Positions 13,151 through 25,700 of a DNA stretch of 64,000 bases are shown piece by piece. The notes under the pieces were generated by a model that saw only the letters and a list, made by a program, of their open reading frames with translations, did no database searches and was not told the DNA's origin. How positions within the stretch are numbered: the stretch's first letter is position 1; every line of letters begins with the position of its first letter. Source of the DNA: Felis catus (Eukaryota); NCBI RefSeq assembly GCF_018350175.1, contig NC_058368.1:14386001-14450000 (forward strand), in the 5' to 3' direction. Position numbers and translations under genes: made by a program.

Positions 13151-14232
13151 TCCTTCACTGAGTTTTAATGTTCACATTTTCCAAAGGATTGTGTGTGCGT
13201 GCGCTCCTACCTATGAATAGATACAAATAACATCTTTCTGCAGCAAACAAGGCATTCATTTATTTAAAAAAATATATTTGAATCACCTACGCGTGCAGAC
13301 ACTGCTGTTTCTGATGAAACAGTAGAGAAAGCTAAGATAATACCACCCTGCCCTTTGGAGGTTGGGAGACAGGAAGAAATCAAATGAGCACACAAATATA
13401 TGTAAATTTACGATCATGAGTATACTCTTTGTGGGGAATGTGATCTGGTCAGTGAGTTCAGGGAAGATTTTCCTGAGAAAGTGACTTTGAGTTGACCTGT
13501 TGAAGACACCTTGCTATATAAATATTCATATCTGTTTATTTTCATTCCAAAGATCTGAAGACACTTGCACATACACTTACGACTCAACATTGATATACAT
13601 AATGAATCTTTGCACTGATAACCTGTTAAAGGGAATGTGTAGAAAAAGGCATCTGAAAAATATGTAAGTAATTATCATTTCAGGGGAAAGTTTTAGACTA
13701 TGTTCCTGGGCAGGAAAGAAGCAAGTGACCTTCTCTAACAATGTTTCCTTCTTGGTTACATTTTCTCTGGTGTCATTTTTTTTAACTCCTTCTATAAGGC
13801 TTAGTACATGATTCATCTGCTTACTCTGTGGAGACAGATTGGAATCTTCCAGTGTATAACCAGCGGTGCCCTGGAGCCTCCTCTGCAGGCTTGTAAGGGC
13901 CGCCCGTGCTCATCCTTCCCAGCTCCACATTCAGTGACCTCACCTTAGCAGCTTGAAATTTGGCGTGGGGCAAGTTTACCCAGCGAGGATTGGCGCACCC
14001 TGCAGATGAGCCTCGCCACCCCAGCTGGTCTCTCAGCACGTGGTTATATGTGCTATAGTGCATGGGATCTGAGCCTGCAGAGAGATTTGGAAGGAAGTCC
14101 ATAAATTCGCACAGCTTCCCATCATTCCTTTATAGGAGCTGGGAATGGAAGTTAGAAAACACCAAGTCCAGTTTTTGGTTGTTTTTTTAAATTATTTGGA
14201 GTTTTATGAACATATAAGACTTAACAGTTAAC

Positions 14233-14436
14233 GAGGTGCCTGGGTAGCTTAGTCGGTTGAACGCCCAGCTCTTGATCTCGGCTCAGGTCATGATCTCCTT
14301 TGTGAGACTGAGCCCCGCCTCAGGCTCTGCACTGTCAGTATGGAGCCTTCTTGGGATTCTCTCTTTGCCCCTTCCCCCTCTTTCCTCCTCTTTCGACTCT
14401 CTCTCTTTCTCTCAAAAATAAATAAACATTAAAAAC
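14233..14436 (+). mobile_element. Can-SINE
   Basis: Head and tail present, TSD acagttaac. Confidence 0.92.
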
Positions 14437-14564
14437 ACAGTTAACAAAAATACAGTTTCTCACCATATAAAAATTTAGCTAATGATACTGTTTACCTTTC
14501 GAGGTTAACAGGCAATAACACCTCTTCTCCATGGACTAAATAAATGATGATTCCTTTTTAAAAA

Positions 14565-14825
14565 TAATATAATAATATAATATAGCATAATATAATATAA
14601 TAATAATATATATTATAAAATATATATTATATATAATGTATATTCTAAAATATAAATATATATTTATATATATTTTATGTATTATATATATTCTTTTTAT
14701 ATATCTTATATCTTATATCTTATATATTATATGTATATTATATAATTTTTATAATATATTTATATTTATATGATATATTTTTATATATATTTATATTTTA
14801 ATAAATGTATTATATATAATATATT
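14565..14825. repeat. Extremely AT-rich degenerate (TA)n/(TAATA)n low-complexity tract
   Basis: About 260 bp of nearly pure A/T. Confidence 0.9.
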
Positions 14826-14829
14826 TCAA

Positions 14830-15510
14830 TGTAGTTATTTCAATACATTTATTGTTTTTACTGCATATAAATGTAACAATTGCTAAATGCTAACATGTAG
14901 GCAATTTAAAATAGGTGTGGGTTTCTTTTGGCAATTTCAAACAGTTTTAAAAATTAAAACCACTTACTATCCAACAGCCCAGAGATTAAAATTGTTAACA
15001 TTTATAACATGATACCTTTTCAATGTGTGTATCCACATATATAGCTAGATGTATTTTTATAGATGATAGTATAGAGGTTACTTTGTAACTTGCTTCTTTT
15101 AAACAACAGTATAATATAGACATATTTCTATATCAATAAGTACATATCTACATCATTTTTAGCAACCACCTAACAGTTCATTGTATAAATACAATATAAT
15201 AACCAATCACCTCTAGATAAACATTTAAATGCTTCTCTATTTTAAACAATGAATAATTTTGTAACTAACCCCTTTATACTATGTTCACTTATTCCTCAGA
15301 ACAAGTTCCTAGAGGTAGAGTTGCTGGAATGGAGAATTTACATTTTGTTTTATAAAAGATTTTCATACATATTGCTTTTAAAACTGTGTTGTAGAAAGTT
15401 TATACCAGTGCATAAAGTAGCATTTACAACTATTACATACCATTGCTCCCTTGTCGACATGGGGTATTATCATTGTTATTAATTTTTGTTAACCGGGTTG
15501 TCAAAATGGT
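14830..15510 (-). mobile_element. Ancient L1ME-like 3' region
   Basis: aacaagttcctagaggtagagttgctggaat and catacatattgctttt...tataccagt resemble L1ME 3' sequence in antisense. Confidence 0.55.
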
Positions 15511-15654
15511 TCTGATAAACTTAGAAATCTTTATTTCTTCTTCATCTATAGATTGTGAGCTTGGAATTGTCCAGTAAAATGTTAATGCTTTGTCCAATTA
15601 AAATTATTCTTTCAGAGAAAGGAACAAGAACCAATTTGAAATGGTGCAAAATAT

Positions 15655-15857
15655 TCTTTAATGCTTACTATTTATTTTTTTCAGAGACAGTATGAGTGGG
15701 GAAAGGGCAGAGAGAGAGGGAGACACAGAATCCAAAGCAGGCTCCGGGCTCTGAGCTGTCAGCACAGAGCCTTATATGGGGCTCGAACCCACGAACTGTG
15801 AGATCGTGACCTGAGCTGAAGTCGGACGCTTAACCGATTGAGCCACCCAGGTGCCCG
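15655..15857 (-). mobile_element. Can-SINE (antisense to NBEA)
   Basis: Reverse-complement head ...agccacccaggtgccc; imperfect TSD gaaa(t)ggtgcaaa. Confidence 0.93.
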
Positions 15858-16303
15858 GAAAGGTGCAAATTTTAAGTAAAGGAATGGGACTGCAGTTTCA
15901 GGTTAAAGAGCTGGAGGTTGTATATTATAATTATATTCTCTAGGATGAAGGCAACAAATATGAATATTCATTTATAATTGGATTATCGGTACATTTCACA
16001 TTCTTTATTTATAATCCCGCATGAATATTCATTTTACAGGAAATATTTTGGATTACAAATAAGAATGTGGAACATCTGAGCTATAGAATATTGCCAGCTA
16101 AGTGAAGTTAAAAACAACAAAACAACCAAAAACACTGCACAGGCCAAGTAAAACATATCTATAGCAAACTCAGGCAGAGAGGTTGCCAACTGACAAACTC
16201 TGCCAAGGGTTTTGTGGCTTTCTTCCATGCAAAGTAGTTTCTTACCAGTTCTTAACTAGAACTGTTTTCCCATTCCTTTACCTGAAACTTTATAGAGCTT
16301 CAG

Positions 16304-16305
<2 letters not shown>

Positions 16306-16351
<46 letters not shown>
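16306..16351. repeat. (CA)n microsatellite
   Basis: About 22 perfect units. Confidence 0.97.
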
Positions 16352-16353
<2 letters not shown>

Positions 16354-16411
16354 AATTTTCCCCCTAAGTGTAACTACTATATAAAGAATTGCTCTAAATG
16401 ATGATGGAGAT

Positions 16412-16615
16412 GGGGCTCCTGGGTGGCTCAGTCGGCTGAGCATCCGGCTTCGACCCAGGTCATGATCTCACGGTTTGTGAGTTCGAGCCCCACGTCGGGC
16501 TCTGTGCTGACAGCTCAGAGCCTGGAGCCTGTTTTGGATTCTGTGTCTCTCTCTCTGCTCCTCCCCTGCTCATGCTCTGTCTCTGAAAATAAATAAATAA
16601 ACATTAAAAAAAAAT
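16412..16615 (+). mobile_element. Can-SINE
   Basis: Long perfect TSD aaatgatgatggagatg. Confidence 0.96.
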
Positions 16616-17194
16616 AAATGATGATGGAGATGCATAGCACCTACCTCCTGTGGACTGAGCATGTCCAGCTTGAGGGTTGCCATAGTTCAGAACCCTCGTA
16701 TTGGCTCATACCTGTCCCATCCTCACTCAGTGACTTTACTTGCAATTTCTATTTTTGAGTACGTAAAAGTAAAGCCTAAAAATTCTTTTACTGATATGAA
16801 TTTTTCATTTTTAAGTGGGATGTTGTTTATTTTTCACTAATAAATATAAATATTACTATTCAGAACATCGTTTGTCACAGTAAATTGCTGGTTTGCATTA
16901 ACTGACTTTTAAAAGTAAATATATTGAAAAACATGTATTATTGTACGGAATGGACATGGACAAAAATCAGAATTCAAAATAACATTTCTTAAAGTTACTT
17001 TCATAATGAGACTAAATGGCATTACCATAAATACTGAGAAATGCATCTAAATAAAAAAAAAATATGTTTTCTTATTTGGAATTATGCTGTATCTATATGA
17101 ATCCAAACATTTAGTTGAAAACTGACTTTTTTGAAATTTAGTTTATGTTAGATACATAAGTGCACATGTAGACTTAGCATTGCTAATATTGGGT

Positions 17195-17321
17195 GGGGCA
17201 CCCGGGTGGTTCAGTGGGTTAAGTGTCTGACTCTTGATTTTGGCTCAGGTCGTGATCTCACAGTTCGTGAGTTTGAGCCTCGCATCAGGCTCCATGCTGA
17301 CAGCACGGAGTCGGCCTGGGA

Positions 17322-17381
<60 letters not shown>

Positions 17382-17537
17382 TCTCTCTCTCTCTGGCCTG
17401 GGACACTCTCTCTCTCTCTCTCTCTCTCTCTGCTCCCTCTCTCTCTCTCTCTCTCCCTCTGCCCCTCTCTCCTCCACTCATACCTGTGCTCTCTGTCTCT
17501 CTCAAAATAAATAAACTTAAAAAAAATTTTTTTAAAG
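17195..17537 (+). mobile_element. Can-SINE with expanded (CT)n and an internal duplication
   Basis: gcctgggacac(tc)n occurs twice. Confidence 0.93.
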
Positions 17538-18457
17538 AAATCACTATTATCTCAATGGTACATATTTAGCCTTTCATCTTTGTTGCTTTAAGGCCAACTC
17601 ACTATGGCTCTGTAGTTAATCTACCACGTTATTGACACCAAAATAATGTGAAAGTTTGAGAGTTGAAAGTGAAAAGTGGAAGTAAGGCTTCAGAACTAGA
17701 AGTATAACCACTTGGCCATTATTTTGTAAGTACTCCATTTTTGCTTAATAACCTTACAGCTTATTTTTCCATGTAATGTGCATAAAAGCGAACCTCTCAA
17801 TTGTTTTCTTATATCAGGAATCCTTCTAGGCCTAAAATGGAGTTAAAGCTATGTTTTGAATATGTGACTGCATCTTACAAGAAATAGCCAGAGTACAGTC
17901 TTGAAGAAATAAGTTAAAAACTCATGGTTGTCAATTTCCTTTGTCTCTTGGGAAAATTTCCTTAGTAACTACATTTTCTTCATCGAAAAGGTAAATGTAG
18001 TGAAATAAATAATCTCCGAGGTGCTAGTGAATTTTAGTATTTGGGATGTCTTTTGTGCATGGGAGGACATTTTAAAAATTGGGTTTTAATCAATATTCAG
18101 TTAATGAAATGATTTTAAATTAATTAGTTTTAAAGGTAGAAAACTTCACACTTTTGTCTTTCTAAGTTCACCTTATAGACTTTATTTTGCTTGCAAATGT
18201 TTTAATTTATCTATAAAATAACATTTACTTTCAGTTGATCTTTAATTCCAATTTAAATAACAGATAAGCTGAGAAAGCAAATCCTGTAATCATTTGACAC
18301 CAGATGAGTATTAATTCATCAAATTCTCTTAAGTTTTTCCAGTTTTATCTATTGAATGTATGTGTGATTTATTATTAGTTATGGCAGTTGTTGTTAGAAA
18401 GATTTGTGTTAGGTTTATGTCTGCTTATTAGGTTTTTGCGGTGTTGGATGAATCTTT

Positions 18458-18507
18458 ATATCTATATCTATATCTATATCTATATCTATATCTATATCTA
18501 TATCTAT
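18458..18507. repeat. (TATATC)n hexamer repeat
   Basis: About 8 perfect units. Confidence 0.95.
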
Positions 18508-19089
18508 CAATTTAGCAATAGTAATTTGAAATTATTGCACAAAACTGTGACATAGAGATGTCATAGTTAAAACAGCCCAGTCTGCACAGTTAGCCAGAGT
18601 TGGATATAAAGCCATTTAAAAGTTCAGATCTCTAGTTTCCTCATCCAGACACTGGGACCACTAAGACCTACCTCATAGGATCTTTGGAATTTTTAAATAG
18701 TATGCAAGGACGAGCAAATGCCTAGTACCCAAAAAAGCATTAGCGTTCTGTTACTCCCTCACTCATTCCCTACAACATAGTCAGAAGATGAATCCTCTGC
18801 CAATTACCCCCTAAATATTGAGAGTTAGAATTGAAACAAATCACTTCCCCACATCGTTTCAGGTCACACAGCTAGCTGGAACTAGTGTGGCCCATTCTTC
18901 ACTGCCAGCTCAGTGTTCTTAACTGCAAACCATCTTTCAAATTATAAAACCACCTGCCATAGGGTTAGAAAAGACTCTGTAAGTCATCAAATTTCACACT
19001 GCAGGACTTCTTTTTAATATCCACCCATCCATTTTGGATGAGTAAAACAATAAGGACCTGTTGTTAATTTTTCCCCTTCTAAGTACAAT

Positions 19090-19393
19090 ACACTTTCCTC
19101 CCTCATTTCTCCTTTTTAGTCTCCTTTGCAGAATCCTCCCTTCTCCTCAACCACCCAACACTGGAGTCCCTCAAGGCTTAGTTCTTGGACCTCTTCTCTT
19201 TCTCTCCAGTTTCTCCCTTGATAATCTCACTCAGTCATATGACTTTAAATATCTTCTATATACTGAAATTCCACAATGTATATTTCTAGCCTGAATCTCT
19301 TTGTTGAAATCTTAAATTCAGTACCTACTTGGCATTTCTACTTGGATTTATTTTTTATTTTTTAGAGATAGTGAGGGGTGGGGAGAGGGGCAC

Positions 19394-19426
<33 letters not shown>

Positions 19427-19860
19427 AAGAGAGAGAGAGAATCTCAAGCAGGTTCCACACTCAGTGCACAGCCCAACACGGGGCACAATCCCACAACCCT
19501 GGGATCATGACCTGAGCCAAAATCAAGAGTTGGACTCTCAACCGACTGACCCAGCCGCGTGCCCCTACTTGGGTATCTGATAAATCAAACTTGTCTTGTC
19601 CAATCCTTAACTCCTATTTTCCTTTCCTCTTGCCCCCATCCAAAAAAAACCTGCTCTACCCACAGTCTCTCGTCTCAAAGTTCTTGGAACTCCATCAATC
19701 CAGTTGTTCAAGCCAAAACCTTAGAGTTATCCTTGACTCCTCTCTCTCCCTCCTACCTCATATATATAGTCTCTTAGCAAATCATGTTGTCTCTACCTCA
19801 AAATATATGCAGGATTCTATCACTTCTCACCACCTCCACAGCTACCACATGGGCCAGCCT
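19090..19860 (+). mobile_element. L2 RT/3' fragment interrupted by a Can-SINE
   Basis: ggagtccctcaaggcttagttcttggacctcttctcttt encodes GVPQGLVLGPLLF, the conserved non-LTR RT motif GVPQGSxLGPxLF; aaccttagagttatccttgactcc. Confidence 0.85.
19347..19565 (-). mobile_element. Can-SINE (divergent subfamily)
   Basis: (GA)n tract, gggatcatgacctgagccaaaatcaagagt, TSD tacttgg. Confidence 0.88.
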
Positions 19861-20084
19861 CCTCTGGGTATTCTTTAATTTTAAATGTACCTCTTATTGT
19901 ATAATGCTCAGAAATGCCCTGACGGAACAGGTTACAGTTATGTCCTTTTCCTATCACAATAATTTGTCCTGGGATTACAAGGACCAATTTAGTTTTGTTA
20001 CAGTGTTGGCTAGAATCAACTAAAACTGACTGATGTTTTTAAATAGTAATTGTTGATAGATTGGTGTCCCCATCTAAAGTGATT

Positions 20085-20275
20085 ATAGTGCCTATCATTT
20101 GCTGAGCGTCTACATACACAACTTTATCACCACAATCCTTTATATATAAATAGTATTAATCCCATTGGGAGATGAAGAAGTAGAGGCCCAGCACAGTTAA
20201 GTAATTTGCTCAAGGTCACAGAGCTAAAAATTAGTAGAACTGAGCAACAGAATTCAGATCTGTCCCATTGTCTCC
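20085..20275 (-). mobile_element. MIR
   Basis: cccatt...gatgaagaagtagaggcccagcacagttaagtaatttgctcaaggtcacagagcta (MIR core). Confidence 0.8.
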
Positions 20276-21321
20276 GCCTATCATTAGATGACCAAATATG
20301 AAGGCCTAGGGATGAGAAAGAAGATGACGCATTTAAGGGTTTGAAAGGTTCTGTATATTGGGAGGGTGTAAGGGGTAGGATGCTGGTAAGAATTAGACTA
20401 GAGAGGATAGTACCAAATTCTGAGGGAGATTATAAACTATATCGAGGAGTTTACACTTTCCTATCAGGTGTTAGGAAAGGAGAAGCTGTTAGGGTATTTT
20501 AGCCATATTTACTTTTCCAAATAATAATGAGTCTGACTTTGGTATGAAGGAAGAATTGGAAGACAACAGTGCTAAAGAATTTTTTGATGGCCTAACCTAG
20601 GGTAACGGCAGTGAAAAGGAGTCACCTAAGGGGTAGTGTTTGCAAATAGTTGGCTCTAGTAGGGTGACTACAAAGCAGAATTGTTCGAAATCGGACCATG
20701 TGTGAATACCTTTACTGAAAGTTATCTCGATGCCCAACATAGACATTTTGATACTTTTCTCTTCTCTAGTTGTTTGTTTTAGGCAAAGAATTGTATTTAT
20801 GACTGTTAGCTACGGAGTGAAAATCTAAAGATGAGATTTTCTGTCATCTGTACTTCAGAGGGGACTCAGACTGATCTTCCTGAATGAATCTTAGCCCTGC
20901 TCCTGGTTACCAAGAGTAGAAATGGAGCAGTCTTCTCTTCAGGCAGGCATTTAAAAAAAAAAAAACCAAGTTTCTAAAAGAGCTTACCAAACTCACCCCT
21001 GTCTTGAAGTATCAGCGAAAGCATATGGTTTTGCTTTTAATTTCTAACACACATTAGTTGCACTATAGGTACATGACAGGAAGCAAAAATCTTCACACAC
21101 TGCCCAATACCAATTACAGTTTTGGCTGCATGAAATATTATTTATAGAGGATTACCTGAATGTAAAGGAGTTCATTCATTCCTAAATATTCTGTACTCCT
21201 GGATTACACCTGATTAGCAGAACATGTGAACCTCGATCACCATGTTGGCCTCTTTTCTGGTTAAATTCCTTGGTTGCATGGAATAGACTTCATTCAAATT
21301 ACCTCATGAAAGAGGGGCTTC

Positions 21322-21385
21322 ATTGTAAGGATATATATATATTGTAAGGATATATATATATTGTAAGGATATATATATATTATAA

Positions 21386-21426
<41 letters not shown>

Positions 21427-21490
21427 TACACACACACACACACATATATATACCATATATAGATATGTAAGGATATATATATATATGGTA
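21322..21490. repeat. 19-bp minisatellite (attgtaaggatatatatat x4) followed by (TA)n(CA)n, inside a probable MaLR LTR
   Basis: Units start at 21322, 21341, 21360 and 21379, with a partial copy near 21465. Confidence 0.9.
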
Positions 21491-22599
21491 TAGAGTTGTA
21501 AAACTAAAAAACTAAGTTGGGTCTAGAGACTTCTTTCTCTACCCATCTTTCATAACCACTTGGTCTGCTAATCTATGAGCATTCTCTTCTTCTCTGTAAA
21601 CAGATAAGCCTTCTATGCTTATTCATAGCCTTGGTTTCCTTGAATTTTCAGCTTTGCCCAGGTCCCAACTTGGCTCCCCTGGCCTCTCACTACGTCAGTT
21701 CCTAACTGCCAGTTACACCATTCTTTCTGGGCTTATTTCCTGCTCTCTACAGGAATCTGATTCCCTGAGCTCAGATTCATGAGCCAGGCCAAACCACAGA
21801 GTATTGGCAACCCTAAGGATTAGCTGCCCTTGATTCTGCCTAGTGGAGGCACCTCATGCTCCATGTCGGTGTGCCCCTTGCACAGACACTCTGGATGAGC
21901 CCATTGCTCTCAGAAGGCAGGTGTGGGGTCCCTCTTACTATTTCTCAATAGGATTTTTTTTTCTAACTTGTGCTTTGGGAAATACCATTCACCTTGAAAT
22001 TCAGTGTAAGGATATTGTTGAGACATTATTTATTGCACTATACAGTGCCCTTTTTGTGAAAACCCTTGGCATAAATTCATTTCTAGCTTTGGTATTGGAA
22101 ATAATTGTGCAATTATTCCTGAACCGGTTTGTTTTTATCTTATTAACTCTGGTGAAGTTATTACTTCTTTTCCTAAATTGGCTGTTGGGATTTCACAAAT
22201 CTGTAGCCCAAACAAGGGAAGTTTAAATGACTCTATGGTATACTTTTTATTTTTATTATCAATCTTACATTGAGATTCATTTTCTGCTTTTGACTTGGTT
22301 TATTCATATATTTCTAATTCAAATCACATTTTATATACCTCTGTAAGTTACTTTACATCTTTACAGAAGCAAGATATATATGTAAATTATATAAACTTTA
22401 ACACACTCAGGGACATGTTAAAGTTCCTGGCTAGTTTTTAGTTAAATGTGACCTAATTTTAAAGAAAGGAAGAAATAATTTAAGAATATTAATATATCAC
22501 ATTTTTCTATATTTATGTAATTTTAAAACCATCCAGATGCTTTTTTTTTTCTAAAATATAAAAATCCCTTTGGGCTTACAAGTATCTTTCAAATAAAGT

Positions 22600-24530
22600 T
22601 TGAGATAGAAAAGATCCTATTACACATTAATCTGCTTTTGGCGCTCATTAACTCTTTGTAACATCGTTTTTGAGAAGGTAGATGCGTAATAAAATTAATA
22701 TACGTTTAAAATTGTTTTCCCGTGAACCCTGTTTCAAAACAGCAGCCTCTACCCTCCAACAATAACATATTCCTAAAATTATTTCCTTTTTCTCCCAGAC
22801 TTTACTTCTCAACTACTCCTTTAAAAAAAGAAAAGAAAAGAAAAAGAAACTGACATCAATTTTATATAAAAGAAGCCCTTGAGGTGGAAAGTGAGGGAAG
22901 GCTGCATGAGTTTATAGCAGACAAAATGTCGCTTACATTTTGCTGTTCAGTAGTTTGATATACTCATTTGCTGATGTGAAATGACGAGGGCTTACAAAAC
23001 AGGGTTTTGTTTTTTAGCTGCCTGTAGACCTGGTGGGGCCTAACAGAACCCAGTCAGCAGGTCATTAACTCTGGAGAAAACAGCTTGCATTAATATGCTC
23101 TAATCCGGTATAATTAGTCAAATTACTGCACGCCGACCAGCTTGTCATGTGTTGTCAGACTTGGCATGCACGCTGGATTGCCTGGGTCCCTCTGGAATGC
23201 CACCCTCAATCAGGGAAAACTGCTCATTTGTAGTGGTCTTGAACTCTTGATAGAAAAGCTAACTAAAACAGCGGTCGTGGAGGAACTTTTATTAATTCTT
23301 TGAGTTAAAATATTTTTTCATCAAAAATAATTTAGTGTTTTGGTGATTGAAATGGCATCTGTTCATTTCTCCTGTTTTCTGTGGCATGTCTATGTAATAC
23401 TCAAGTGAAATTAACATTAGTAGCGGAAAAAAAAAAAAAAGATTCGAAATAAAGTAATTATCAGTTGGTCAGCTCTAGTTCCAGTATATGAGAGTGTGAG
23501 TTCATATGTGTTTGTGTGTGTGCGGGTCTTTTTCCAGTAGGGTAAGAGGTTATTAAACTCCAAAAGGGCTATATTAGCATAAATTTACAAGAGCTCTTGT
23601 TCTGGCGGCAGGATAAAAACCTGTGTTACCTTTGCATTAACACTGAATTGCTTGTTGTGCTTTTGGCAATGACAGATAAGTCAGTGTAATTCCCCATTGC
23701 AACGGAAATGATGCTCCAGATTCTAAACGCATCCTGAAGATGTCACTGACAATAATCTTCAAAGAACGGCCAGTGAAAGTGGGCTGTATGTTTGTAGGAT
23801 GATATACTGCAAATGACAGGAAGAATTATGTGAGTGAAGACGAATCTGTAACATATTATTAAGCAATTTCACGAGAATAACAGGGATAAAAGGATAATGG
23901 ATGAGGGTGTCATTATTACCTTCATGTAGAGGGAAAGCAAAAGCAAAGGTAGAGAGACAAGATTAATTGAGGAAGGGTGAAGCATTCATTGCTCATCAGC
24001 TCTTTTGTATGCTTTGCTCCTGAAATTCCAGACTGGGTGGGGGCGGGGGGTGGGGGAGAAAGGTGCTCAGAGCTGCATTTTAATGCAGCTGGCAAGGAGG
24101 AGGAAACTGACAAGGCACTTTTTAGTCCCCTCCCCTCTTATCAAAAAACACAAAATCACTATCACCTTTTGAATGTTCTGAAGCCAGGACAAAAATCCAG
24201 CAGAACTGTTTTTCTTCTTTTGGCGGTGGTTTTCATTATTAGTCACACCTTAAAAAAGAAAACTTACAAAATTTTTAAATGCATTTTTCCACGTATTGCC
24301 CCCAAAACTTGCTCTTTGAAATTTAGAGATTTCACATTCAGTGACGAAGCATTTCACAATCCATTAGATTATTATTTTGGTTATCCTAAAATCATTAGGT
24401 TAAGGAAACAAAGCATTTTATGATCAATTTTGACTGTTCCTTTCGTATTCTAAGCACATTTCCCTTGCATAGAATATGTTTTTCTTAGGTAGTAGTAAAT
24501 GTGCTTACCTTCATTAAATGAAGGTGTGAC
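22600..24530. promoter_or_regulatory. Repeat-free island; candidate enhancer cluster (cores ~22910-23230 and ~23600-23950)
   Basis: Dense TAAT/TAATTA/TAATCC, several TGACA(G) sites, a Pax6-like TGCACGCTGGATTGC, and retained CpGs. Confidence 0.55.
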
Positions 24531-25449
24531 TAAAAATTTTAAATACTAAAGTCTTCATTTATATTTTCCTCTATCATCTGTTTTTTGTAACTTCTCATCT
24601 GGCCAATTATTCCAAAGCTACATTATATCCCACGCAGTTAAGGTGCAATTATAATATAGCAACCACTGTCCTTCTGGTTGCAAAACAGTAGCACAGGTGT
24701 TATGCTGGAATCTAAGAAACCTTTTGGGACATGAATTCCCCTCCTGATTGTAATTTACACCTCCTACTGAGTTAACCTTCGATGTTGCAGAAACTTCAAA
24801 AATATTTTTTTGTGTGTGTACTAAGCCTATAGGAAGGTCAGATGATCAAGGTACACGCTTAAATATGTATCCAGTGGAGGTACTCAGAGCTGAAGACTAC
24901 TTGTCTACATAATGGGTTCATATATTCAGGAAAGGTAACAAAGAGTCGGGATTCGGGTGTCAGTGAGAATTGAGAATTTTTCAGCGTTAATATGCAGCTA
25001 GCAACCAGCAGTTTAATGTATACATACATATAAAGACATGCAAAGCAGTGCTGTTATCAAATGCTAGACGTATATACTATCCAGTAATACTAAGTTTTTA
25101 TTGTATTGTAATTTTCAAACTGTCTTCTATACACCTCTTCATATTTGATCCTTGAATGGTCATTTTGGATGAGCAGAACTAGAATTCCTATTTCAGCTCT
25201 TCAAATGGGAAAACTGAGAGGCAGAAAATTAAGTGAGTTTGTCCAAGTAATTCCATCTGCTACAAATAATACCGACATCTTCAGACACCTGATCCAGTGT
25301 TCTTTCCATTCGCTATTTGATTTTTAAATTTATTATTCATGCCACACTCTGATCTTTGATATTTTACTACTTTTCATGTATGTCTTTCTGCCTTAAATGT
25401 TTCTTCACTAAGAAAGCGTCCTGTGCCTTGTGTTTTCCATGGACTGAGG

Positions 25450-25700
25450 AACAGAAACTAACATTTCTCATGTTCGTGATGTGTACCAGACGTGGTATTA
25501 GACACTACACGTTATACATTATCTAAGTTAATATTCACAAACAGCCAAGGAAGTTAGATATCGTATCACTTAACTAAAGAGGAAACTAAAATTCAGACAT
25601 GTCAAGCCACTTGTCGAAGCTCACAACCAGGCAATGTCAGGGATTCACATCTACGTTTTCCTGGCTCCAAAGCTCGTGGTCTTTCAAACACCATCCAGCC
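25450..25700 (-). mobile_element. MIR
   Basis: tgtgtaccagacgtggtattagac...gaggaaactaaaattcagac...gctcacaacc. Confidence 0.65.
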
